Positions 43,461-53,504 of a DNA stretch of 64,000 bases are shown in pieces. Made by a program: the position numbers and the translations under genes. A model generated the notes under the pieces. That model saw nothing but the letters and a program-made list of their open reading frames with translations. It did no database searches and was not told the origin of the DNA. Location of the stretch: assembly GCA_963729625.1 (NCBI GenBank), contig CAVSOU010000010.1, positions 512,001-576,000 of the forward strand, read 5' to 3'. How positions within the stretch are numbered: the stretch's first letter is position 1; every line of letters starts with the position of its first letter. The stretch is from an uncultured bacterium. Its GTDB lineage: Bacteria > Chloroflexota > UBA5177 > JANWHV01.

Positions 43461-43540
43461 CAGACTCCAATCAATATGATACAGTTTGCCTTGCCATGCG
43501 CTGGTTTCGCCTCTGGCAGCGCTTGCGATGGGAGCCGGCT

Positions 43541-43825
43541 TTGATCACACGAGACGACGTCAAGAACGTCGCCGCCTTGGCCCGGCTTGAGCTAAACGAC
43601 GATCAGCTGGATCGCATGACGGCCGAGCTCGGCGGTATCCTTGAACACATCGCGAAGCTCACGGAACTTCGAACGGAACACATCAGCCCGACTTCGCAGA
43701 TTCTCGATTTGCGTAACGTGCTGCGAGAAGACGCCGTGCGGCCGTCATTGCCCACTGAAGCCGTTCTTGCCAATGCCCCCGATCGCGAAGAAAACTGCTT
43801 CCGCGTGCGCGCGGTTCTGGAATAA
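43541..43825 (+). CDS. gatC: Asp/Glu-tRNA amidotransferase subunit C
   Basis: ITRDDVKNVAALARLEL...NVLRED...LANAP...FRV. Confidence 0.93.
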   Translation: MITRDDVKNVAALARLELNDDQLDRMTAELGGILEHIAKLTELRTEHISPTSQILDLRNVLREDAVRPSLPTEAVLANAPDREENCFRVRAVLE

Positions 43826-43839
43826 GGAGCGCCCGCATC

Positions 43840-45291
43840 GTGAGGCTGCATGAACTGACCATACACGAAGCCTCTGGCCTCCTCCGGGAGCGCGAAATCA
43901 CGTCTGTCCAGCTCACCGAGGATGTGTTTGTACGCATCGCAGATGTCGAACCGTCCGTGCACGCCTACCTGACTTTGCTTGAAGATCGAGCCCTGTTCAT
44001 GGCGGACGCCGCAGACCGCCGGCGCGCACGTGGCGAGGACGGCCCGTTGCTGGGCATTCCCATCGCTCTCAAGGACGTTCTATGCTTGAACGGTGAACGT
44101 ACCACCGCTGCGTCCCGCATTCTCGAGCATTTCGTACCGCCGTATTCTGCCACCGTCGTGGAACGAATGGAGGCTGCGGGCGCCGTCTTCATTGGAAAGA
44201 CGAACCTCGACGAATTTGCGATGGGCAGCTCAACTGAGCACAGCGCCTACTATCCGACACACAACCCATGGAACCTCGGCACCGTGCCCGGTGGTTCGAG
44301 CGGCGGTTCGGCCGCGGCAGTAGCATCCGACATGGCGCTGGCATCACTGGGATCCGACACCGGAGGCTCTATCCGCCAACCGGCGGCCCTCTGCGGCGTC
44401 GTCGGGATGAAGCCCACGTACGGGCGGGTTTCTCGCTACGGACTTCTCGCGTTCGCGTCCTCGCTTGACCAGATCGGCCCCTTTGCCAAGGACGTCGTCG
44501 ACTGCGCGGCGATGCTACAGGTCATCGCGGGGCAGGACCCGCTGGATTCAACTACCGCTGGGGTGCCCGTACCCGACTACGGCGAGGCACTGAACAGCGA
44601 CCTCAGAGGTATGCGGCTAGGAGTGCCTCGCGAGTATTTCGCGGAGGGCCTGCAGCCCGGCATGGAAGAGATCGTGCGCAGCGCGATCGAAGCTGTGCGC
44701 GACCAGGGAGCGGCGATTGTCGACGTCTCGCTTCCCTCCACGTCCTACGCCCTGGCGACGTACTACATCATCGCGCCTGCCGAGGCGAGCGCCAATCTTG
44801 CGCGCTACGATGGCATCAAGTACGGCTACTCAGCCGGAGCGCCCTCGATGATTGAAAACTACTTTCGCTCCCGAGCGCAAGGTTTTGGTGAGGAAGTCAA
44901 ACGCCGCATCATGCTTGGTACGTACGCTCTCTCCGAGGGTTACGCCGACCAGTACTATCGCCAGGCTCAGAAGGCGCGGACCGTGATTAAGGCCGAGTTC
45001 GACGAGGTGTTCCGCACATGTGACGCGCTCGTGTCGCCGGTGTCGCCAATTGTGGCGTTTCCGCTCGGCCAGAAGATGAGCGATCCTTACCAGATGTATC
45101 TGTGCGATGTGTGCACCATCCCGGTCAACATCGCGGGCCTTCCGGGGATTTCGCTTCCGTGCGGCATGCTGCAGGGATTGCCTGTCGGCCTGCAAGTGAT
45201 TGCTCCGGCATTTGCTGAGTCTGCCATGCTCAAGGTAGCCTACGCGTACGAGCAGAGCGGGCACTTTGCCGCGGGCAGGCCGAATCTGTAA
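43840..45291 (+). CDS. gatA: Asp/Glu-tRNA amidotransferase subunit A
   Basis: GKTNLDEFAMGSSTE, PGGSSGGSAAAV, SDTGGSIRQPA, NLARYDG, EVKRRIMLGT. Confidence 0.97.
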   Translation: MRLHELTIHEASGLLREREITSVQLTEDVFVRIADVEPSVHAYLTLLEDRALFMADAADRRRARGEDGPLLGIPIALKDVLCLNGERTTAASRILEHFVPPYSATVVERMEAAGAVFIGKTNLDEFAMGSSTEHSAYYPTHNPWNLGTVPGGSSGGSAAAVASDMALASLGSDTGGSIRQPAALCGVVGMKPTYGRVSRYGLLAFASSLDQIGPFAKDVVDCAAMLQVIAGQDPLDSTTAGVPVPDYGEALNSDLRGMRLGVPREYFAEGLQPGMEEIVRSAIEAVRDQGAAIVDVSLPSTSYALATYYIIAPAEASANLARYDGIKYGYSAGAPSMIENYFRSRAQGFGEEVKRRIMLGTYALSEGYADQYYRQAQKARTVIKAEFDEVFRTCDALVSPVSPIVAFPLGQKMSDPYQMYLCDVCTIPVNIAGLPGISLPCGMLQGLPVGLQVIAPAFAESAMLKVAYAYEQSGHFAAGRPNL

Positions 45292-45368
45292 CACTGCTGG
45301 TAGTGCACGGCGCGCCACGTCTTCCGCCACCTTCTCGGCGGTCACGAGGGATAGACAGGGGAGCGACA

Positions 45369-46814
<1,446 letters not shown>

Positions 46815-46836
46815 GGCACTTCACGCGCTCACTTCA

Positions 46837-48219
46837 ATGGACATGACGGGCCCGAGCGCCGAGATCGAGTTGCTTGCCCCGGTTCAGGGTGGCAGGACGT
46901 TGGCGCGCCGGTCAGGTCAGATCGTCTTCATACATGGCGGCATTCCGGGCGAGACGGTCGTGCATGGCACGTTGGCGGAGAAGCGGGGCTATCTCGAGGG
47001 TGAGGCCAACAAGGCCGTGAGGACCGCACCCTCGCGCGTGTCGCCCCTATGTCCCTACTTCGGCGAAAACAGCCGGCGTCGAGGCAGTATAGAGGCAGAG
47101 TCCGCTACACCTGGACCAGTATGCGGTGGCTGTCAGTACCAGCACATCCGGTATGCTGCGCAGCTCGAGCTCAAGGCTCAGGTTGTGCTGGAACAGATGC
47201 GGCGTGTCGGCAAGATTGTCGATGCGCCCGTCCACGCCGTGCATGCGTCGCCTGCGCCATATGCGTATCGAAACAAGGCAGCATGGATTGTCACGCCGGA
47301 AGGAGCGTTGGCATACCACGAGTCACGCAGCCATCAACCAGTGCCGATCGACCAGTGCTACTTGCTCAAACCGTCATTGCGGGAAATCTTCGACTGCTTG
47401 CGCGCTGTATCGAGCGAGATCGGCTTGTCGGGTATCGTTCGGTCCGTAGAGGCACGCACCCTGCCGGCGAGAAGTGGGAACGAAGTGGCTACTCTTGCTC
47501 TTACTTTCGAGGCAGGGCTGGCGGTGTTGGAGGCAACGGCGGTCGCGGAGGCTCTTGCAGATGCATGTCCCTCTGTGCAGAGCGTGTCTGGAGCGACCGT
47601 CGACCGCGCCGAAGGATACGTCCATCTTGCGGGAAAGCAGAGGGTGCAGGTTGCCTTCCTTGACGAGGACCTGAGCCTTTCGCCCAGCACATTTTTCCAG
47701 GTTAATCTGCCGGTGGCCGAGCTTATGGCGCGACATGTGCTCGAGCAAATCGGTCACCTTCAGAAGCGAGTGGTCCTTGATGCATACTGTGGGGCGGGCA
47801 CGTTCACGGTGCCGGCGGCCGGCCAAGCTGAGGCAGTGATTGGTTTGGAGCTCGACGCAACGGCGATCGCTGATCTCAGGGATACGCTGGAGCGCTCTGG
47901 GGCGGACAATGTCACCATTCTGCAGGGCGATGCTGGGCAAGGCCTCCGATCGCTGCTCCCGGGCACAATCGACTGCGCCGTGATCGATCCCCCGCGAAGC
48001 GGCTGTTCTCCACTCGCGATCCGTCAGCTCGCCCGAATCAAGATTCCGCGCATCGTCTATGTCTCGTGCGACCCATCGACGCTTGCGCGCGACCTGCGTT
48101 ATCTGCTCGATCAGGGCTTTGTGCTCGAAAGCGTTGTTCCGTTCGACCTGTTTCCACAGACGGCGCATATCGAGTGCGTTGCCACGATGAGGCTACCCAA
48201 GAAGTTTCACGCGCGGTAA
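46837..48219 (+). CDS. rlmD: RNA (uracil-5-)-methyltransferase, RlmD/TrmA family
   Basis: TRAM-like N-terminus, CPYF...CGGC, YRNK, FFQVN, DAYCGAG, DPPRSG, YVSC, DLFPQTAHIEC. Confidence 0.88.
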   Translation: MDMTGPSAEIELLAPVQGGRTLARRSGQIVFIHGGIPGETVVHGTLAEKRGYLEGEANKAVRTAPSRVSPLCPYFGENSRRRGSIEAESATPGPVCGGCQYQHIRYAAQLELKAQVVLEQMRRVGKIVDAPVHAVHASPAPYAYRNKAAWIVTPEGALAYHESRSHQPVPIDQCYLLKPSLREIFDCLRAVSSEIGLSGIVRSVEARTLPARSGNEVATLALTFEAGLAVLEATAVAEALADACPSVQSVSGATVDRAEGYVHLAGKQRVQVAFLDEDLSLSPSTFFQVNLPVAELMARHVLEQIGHLQKRVVLDAYCGAGTFTVPAAGQAEAVIGLELDATAIADLRDTLERSGADNVTILQGDAGQGLRSLLPGTIDCAVIDPPRSGCSPLAIRQLARIKIPRIVYVSCDPSTLARDLRYLLDQGFVLESVVPFDLFPQTAHIECVATMRLPKKFHAR

Positions 48220-48421
48220 GGGTCAGGCTGAACGCCCGAAGGCTCGCGTCGGGGATAACGGTAGGCACCAACATGTCGCGGCTTGGCGCTGAAGTGAACC
48301 GTATCGATGCGGTCGTTTCCTAACTTCGGATGCAACCATACTATAGTGGGGCTTGTCAGGCGCGGAACTCCATTGTATGGTGCGTAACGACAGCGTTATA
48401 TTCTGCTTCGCTGCCGGAAGG

Positions 48422-49024
48422 ATGCTGTTGACGAACGACCAGATTGGGCAGACGGGTGAATCGTCTCGAGCGGGCCTCGCGCCTCTGACAAACGATGTGC
48501 TCGAAGCCGTGATTCGCGCTCAGCGCGAAGCCGTCGCAGGAAGCGAGCAAGCGTTCGCGGAAGCACGGCGGCGGCTTGCCGCCCAACGTCAGCGCCTGCA
48601 TGAACTCGAGGACGAGCAGAAGAGGCGCGAGGGCGGGCAATCCGACCAGACTATCGATCGGCCCGCCACTCGAGCCTCCAGGAGGCGCAGCACGACTGGG
48701 ATGGACGCCGTCTACGGCCGCGACGGCATTGATCCGTCGGCCGCGCTTGGCACGCATCGCTTTGTTTCACTCCAGCGCGCCGAAGTTGTCCTCGACGAAG
48801 CGGGAGATGCCGGCAGGCAAGCGATACGCTTTGTCGACAAGAACACCGGTGAGCAGCTCATGGCACACACGTTTGGCCAGGCGCGCGAGCTTCTCGAGTC
48901 CGGCCACGGACTGGGCCAGGTGGGCGTTTCGCTCCAGCGACAAGTCGTTTGGTACGTCGAGACGCGGAGGGCTGGAAAACTCCGCCTGGATCAGATATTC
49001 GTTGAACGCCGAGAGGAGGGCTAG
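48422..49024 (+). CDS. hypothetical protein with N-terminal coiled coil
   Basis: EQAFAEARRRLAAQRQRLHELEDEQKRR; stop 2 nt before the next ATG. Start uncertain. Confidence 0.7.
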   Translation: MLLTNDQIGQTGESSRAGLAPLTNDVLEAVIRAQREAVAGSEQAFAEARRRLAAQRQRLHELEDEQKRREGGQSDQTIDRPATRASRRRSTTGMDAVYGRDGIDPSAALGTHRFVSLQRAEVVLDEAGDAGRQAIRFVDKNTGEQLMAHTFGQARELLESGHGLGQVGVSLQRQVVWYVETRRAGKLRLDQIFVERREEG

Positions 49025-49026
49025 CG

Positions 49027-49746
49027 ATGCGCGTATTATCCGGAAGCTGGATCTTCGCGGTGTTGACGCTATGCCTGCTGGGGCTGACGTTGCAGCCGGC
49101 GCGCGCGGGCAGCACACTGGTTCCGGCTGATAGCCCAAGCAGCCTCGCGATACCGGGCTCTGCTGTGCCGACCGGATACACGGTCGACGGTATGCAGAGC
49201 CACGCGATTACCAACCAACTGATGCTTTCGACGCTGGGACAGCACGCATCCAAGTTGTTTCAGCAAGAGGGCTGGGTTACCGGCTACCATGGATGGCTGA
49301 ATGCGAACGACCTGACGTATCAGGCCTTCATCACGTACGACTTCTATGGGTTCAAGACGGCGATCGGCGCGCAGGCTGCCGCGAGCTTGTATCTTGGTCT
49401 GGCATTAGGGGTACAGACGCCCACCTCGAACGGTGCACTCCCTCCGGATGCCCAGGTCTTCGTCGATTCGACCGGTGACTATAGCACAAATCTCAATGAC
49501 CTCCAGCCCTTTGTTGCCGTCGAGGTCGTGTTTCGGATCCAGAATGTTCTGGCCGACGTGACGGGTTACTATAGGGGCGGCGACAGCCAGACAATTGACG
49601 ACGCGACAACCGGCTCTATCAGCGCGGCTACGACCATCAGCACCTGGCTGTCGGAACGCGCGCGAACGGTCCATGGCAGTGAGCTGCCACTGCTCCTGCT
49701 GGCCTTTGCTATCTTCCCATGTGTACCGGGCCGGCGCCGGACATGA
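49027..49746 (+). CDS. secreted hypothetical protein with C-terminal hydrophobic tail
   Basis: GGAGG RBS; signal peptide ending ARA; C-terminus LPLLLLAFAIFPCVPGRRRT. Confidence 0.72.
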   Translation: MRVLSGSWIFAVLTLCLLGLTLQPARAGSTLVPADSPSSLAIPGSAVPTGYTVDGMQSHAITNQLMLSTLGQHASKLFQQEGWVTGYHGWLNANDLTYQAFITYDFYGFKTAIGAQAAASLYLGLALGVQTPTSNGALPPDAQVFVDSTGDYSTNLNDLQPFVAVEVVFRIQNVLADVTGYYRGGDSQTIDDATTGSISAATTISTWLSERARTVHGSELPLLLLAFAIFPCVPGRRRT

Positions 49747-49867
49747 GCAACCAATCCGCGCACCTGAGCCCAGAGAAGTTCGCGAACAGAACCGTACCGG
49801 TATCGCTGCGCCGCTCGCAACGGCCAGGATCAGGCCGCCAACACACTGGTCCGAGAGAGAGCCAGTA

Positions 49868-52800
49868 ATGCGGTGCTTAAGGTGCGCGCTGGATTACGGC
49901 CCGGACGACAAGTACTGCCTGAAGTGTGGCCGCGCCCTCAGCCGTCCTCCGGGAAGTGAAAAACGCGAAGGCCCTGAGCCGTCCGGAGTAGCGTCCGAGT
50001 ACATGTACTCGGCCAATTCACCAGCCAAGGTCGGCGATGCGCTTCCGTCGCACGATATCTCCGCAACCGAGTCCGGTTTGCCCTTGCATGGCCTGCTGGG
50101 AGCCGCAGGCCGCCTCATAACGCCCCCGGACGCTGACCAACGTGCGGCCACGCCCAGCAAGCGTTTGGCCGGTCACCTCAGATCCGCACCGGTCGCGCAC
50201 GATCCGTCGGCCAGGCCCCAACCACGCGCAAGTGGAAGACTCGACCGAGCGGAGCTTGATCAACCCGACACGCCGACACCTGCTGACCTCCTCCCGCTTG
50301 AGAGGCTCCTTCGTTCGGCCACCGGCGAGGCGCCCGAGGGTGACGACGACGACGCGGAATCACTGCCAGGAGGCGTCCGATCGCGACCTGCAATGATCGG
50401 CGCCGAGCCGACCGGCATTCGCGGCCTGCACGGCGGGTACCAAACCCGTTCCCGTACCGTCCGGAATGTTGCCTGGGGATTAGCTGTTGTCCTGTTCGCC
50501 ATGGTGGCAGGATTGGCATACATACGGCACGGTACGTACGTCTCTGACATGCAATCGGGAAAGCGTTTGGCGCGTGCCGGCAACTACGCGGGCGCGATAG
50601 GCAAATATAGCAGTGCAATCGCGGATTGGCCGTTCCATGACGAGGCCTCGACCGCCCTTGCCAGTGCGAAAGCAACGGGTACCGCTGTCATGACCGGTGC
50701 TGAGCAGGTGCGCCTCGCCATGTATCAGAATCGTCTGGCCGCTCGGCAAAACGTAGCCAGTGAAGCCGATCTCTACGCCAATGCTACGGCCACGGCGGTG
50801 GTCGTAGCCACTGTCAACGCCGTGGAGAACAACACTGCCACGGCAATTGCGGCCGGAACTGCAACCGTCGTCGCACGTGCCAATGCCACCAGAGCCGTTA
50901 TTCTGCACCAGCACCAGGTTGCGCGGGCGAGCGCGCGCGCTACCGCGGCGGCCAGGGCCACTGCCCGGACGTTGGCTCGAGCGAAGGCTACGCGCCTGGC
51001 ACGCATTGCCACGGCCACCGCGCTGCGCTCAGCACACATATCTACGGCAACGGCCGTTGCGTATGCAACGCGCCAATCGGGCATTCGTGCCACCCGAACG
51101 GCAGTGGCGCGGGCAAAAGCCACTGCCCTCGCATCGCGAACGCCCCAAACGCCGACGCCCACTCGAAAACAGGCCGCCGCAACAACCACAGCCGAGGCGG
51201 TAGTCCAGGCGACCAATCTCGCGACGGTGGTCGAAGGGGCAATTCACGAGACGGCAACAGTCCAAACCGGCATCGCCATGAGGACGGCAACAGCACGAGC
51301 GCTCGCCGCCGAAATCGCGGCGACACGTGTGGCGTATGTCGCTCGCGTTCGCGCGGCCGACACGGCGACTGCCGTAGCCGGCCTGCCCCCCGCGACGCAG
51401 ACGGCAATCGCGATGCAGTCTGCGGCGGCGCACGGCACAAGCAACGGGGGAGGAACCCCGTCTGGACAAGCGGCCGCCTCCAACGCGACCGCAACGGCCC
51501 GCGCGGCTGCGATAGCGGCCTCAAATGCCAAGCAGACCGTAGTCGCGCAAGTGCATGCGACGGACACAGCTGCCGGCGTGGCAAGACATGCCCAACAGAC
51601 CGCTACGGCGCGCGCCCAGCACGCCGCTCTCGCCCAACAGACCGCTACGGCTCAAGCCCAGCACGCCGCTCACGCCCAACAGACCGCTACGGCTCAAGCC
51701 CAGCACGCCGCTCACGCCCAACAAACCGCTGCGGCTCAAGCGCGTGGTACCGTGGCTGCGGAGGAGCGAGCTACGGCGGCAATGGCAAAGGCGGCTGCGA
51801 CGGCAGGGGCCAGTTCGGCAGCACTCGCTACCGCGGACGCAGCAACGGCGACTGCTGTGGCACGCTCCTCGTCGAACGCAACTGCGATAGCGCGATCAAC
51901 CGCGATTGCGAGGTCCGCTGCCGCTACGGCCGTCGCCCAGTCTGCAGCAACCGCGACGGCTGCCGCACGCTCCGCCGCCACCGCGGAGGCGAAATCTGCC
52001 GCCGCTACCGCCGAGGCCAGTTCGGCAGCACTCGCCACCGCGGACGCGGCAACGGCGACCGCCGAGGCACGTTCCTCGTCGAATGCAACTGCGATAGCGC
52101 AATCAACCGCGGTTGCGAAGTCTGCTGCTGCGACCGCCGTCGCCCAGTCTGCAGCAACCGCGACGGCTGCCGCACGCGCCGCCGCGACCGAGCAGGCGAA
52201 ATCTACCGCCGCCACGGCGGTAGCTGCTGCCACTGCGGCCGCCAAGTCCGCCGCCGCCACGGCCGTAGCGGCTGCCACATCGGCTGCCAAGTCTGCTGCC
52301 GCAACGGCCGCCGCCCAGTCTGCAGCAACAGCGACGGCTGCCGCACGCTCCGCCGCCACCGCGGAGGCGAAATCTGCCGCCGCCACGGCGGTAGCTGCGG
52401 CCACTGCCAAGTCTGACGCCGCCACGGCGGTAGCTGCTGCCACTGCCACTGCCAAGTCTGCCGTCGCCACGGCCGTCACCCAATCTGCAAGCGCCACCGC
52501 AGCTGCGAGATCTGCCGCCACGTCAGTCGCGGCGACGGCTGTCGCGGCGACGGCTGTCGCGGCTCGCGCCCAAGCCACTGCAGCGGCGGTAGCTGCTGCC
52601 ACCGCCGCACAAGCAACCGCGCAGGCAGTTGCCAACAATGCGGCGGCAACTGCGGCTGCACAGCTTGGCAATGGTCAGCAAGGCACGCCCGTACCCCAGG
52701 GCGCGCCGATCGCGCTCACCTCCATGAACACCCAGGCGCGGGCGCCCGCGCCAGTGTGCGCCGGCAGATCTGAGTGCGTGGCCTTGGCTGCGGCCGTATC

Positions 52801-52948
52801 CGACGGCGACCACCTGACTCACCAACGTCCCAACATTGGGAGCCGCTGGCTCTGGAGCGCCCTGGGTTGGTGGGTCACAACAGGAGAAAAGAACGATGCG
52901 GCACGATCGCAACCGCGCCGCCGCCTGCTGACTCCACAGGCCGGCTGA
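49868..52948 (+). CDS. Zn-ribbon / TM / TPR-like protein with long Ala/Thr-rich repeat stalk
   Basis: CLRC-x12-CLKC, TM (VAWGLAVVLFAMVAGLAYI), GNYAGAIGKYSSAI, then ~650 aa of Ala/Thr repeats. Confidence 0.8.
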   Translation: MRCLRCALDYGPDDKYCLKCGRALSRPPGSEKREGPEPSGVASEYMYSANSPAKVGDALPSHDISATESGLPLHGLLGAAGRLITPPDADQRAATPSKRLAGHLRSAPVAHDPSARPQPRASGRLDRAELDQPDTPTPADLLPLERLLRSATGEAPEGDDDDAESLPGGVRSRPAMIGAEPTGIRGLHGGYQTRSRTVRNVAWGLAVVLFAMVAGLAYIRHGTYVSDMQSGKRLARAGNYAGAIGKYSSAIADWPFHDEASTALASAKATGTAVMTGAEQVRLAMYQNRLAARQNVASEADLYANATATAVVVATVNAVENNTATAIAAGTATVVARANATRAVILHQHQVARASARATAAARATARTLARAKATRLARIATATALRSAHISTATAVAYATRQSGIRATRTAVARAKATALASRTPQTPTPTRKQAAATTTAEAVVQATNLATVVEGAIHETATVQTGIAMRTATARALAAEIAATRVAYVARVRAADTATAVAGLPPATQTAIAMQSAAAHGTSNGGGTPSGQAAASNATATARAAAIAASNAKQTVVAQVHATDTAAGVARHAQQTATARAQHAALAQQTATAQAQHAAHAQQTATAQAQHAAHAQQTAAAQARGTVAAEERATAAMAKAAATAGASSAALATADAATATAVARSSSNATAIARSTAIARSAAATAVAQSAATATAAARSAATAEAKSAAATAEASSAALATADAATATAEARSSSNATAIAQSTAVAKSAAATAVAQSAATATAAARAAATEQAKSTAATAVAAATAAAKSAAATAVAAATSAAKSAAATAAAQSAATATAAARSAATAEAKSAAATAVAAATAKSDAATAVAAATATAKSAVATAVTQSASATAAARSAATSVAATAVAATAVAARAQATAAAVAAATAAQATAQAVANNAAATAAAQLGNGQQGTPVPQGAPIALTSMNTQARAPAPVCAGRSECVALAAAVSDGDHLTHQRPNIGSRWLWSALGWWVTTGEKNDAARSQPRRRLLTPQAG
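51590..51740 (+). repeat. 42-bp coding tandem repeat x ~3.6 (AQQTATAQAQHAAH)
   Basis: GCCCAACA(G/A)ACCGCT at 51590, 51632, 51674, 51716. Confidence 0.9.
51809..52222 (+). repeat. 207-bp (69-aa) imperfect tandem duplication
   Basis: GCCAGTTCGGCAGCACTCGC... begins at 51809 and again at 52016. Confidence 0.88.
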
Positions 52949-53015
52949 CGCCGGCAAAACAAGTGGCAAACGACGCGGCACCGGTCGGGTGCCCAGTCGT
53001 CGTCCGACGAGATTC

Positions 53016-53092
<77 letters not shown>

Positions 53093-53105
53093 AATTGGCC
53101 CCTGA

Positions 53106-53158
53106 ATTATATCGTTCTCAGACCTTGCTTGCCAACAGTGCCCTCACACGCATAGAAT
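53106..53158. promoter_or_regulatory. back-to-back sigma70-like promoters for the two tRNAs
   Basis: +: TTGCCA(53129)-18-TAGAAT(53153); -: TTGGCA(53135)-18-TATAAT(53111); the -35 boxes overlap. Confidence 0.6.
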
Positions 53159-53167
53159 GTCAATCAC

Positions 53168-53241
53168 GCCCCTATAGCTCAGATGGATAGAGCGAGCGCG
53201 TCCTAAGCGCTGCGTCGGCGGTTCGAGTCCGTCTAGGGGCA
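53168..53241 (+). tRNA. tRNA-Arg(CCT)
   Basis: GCCCCTA/TAGGGGC acceptor, AGCGC-GTCCTAA-GCGCT anticodon arm, GGTTCGAGTCC; CCA not encoded. Confidence 0.93.
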
Positions 53242-53504
53242 CAATCTGGTATGCTGTCAGTAGCACATGAGCCGTTTTAGACGATCCAGCTGCCGACCCA
53301 ACGTAGCGCTTCCGCCCCTGTGGCAGCGCAGTCAGCGCGCCCCTTCTCACATGCTACGTTGCTGGTGTACTTGCACACGATACATCGACGCCGCGTGCGC
53401 TTATTTGCGCGCCCGCCTTTCGGTAGCGATTGGCGTCGTCCTTCCGGCCAGTGCCTCCATATCGGCGCCAAGAGGCGTCCCAACTTTCTCCATGCAGGAG
53501 GCAT

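Noticed and set aside
51590-52222. Repeats as a possible CRISPR array
   Set aside because: In-frame coding tandem repeats with no unique spacers and no cas genes.
51736-52671. 311-aa Ala/Val antisense ORF
   Set aside because: Mirror of GCN-rich codons in the plus-strand repeat protein.
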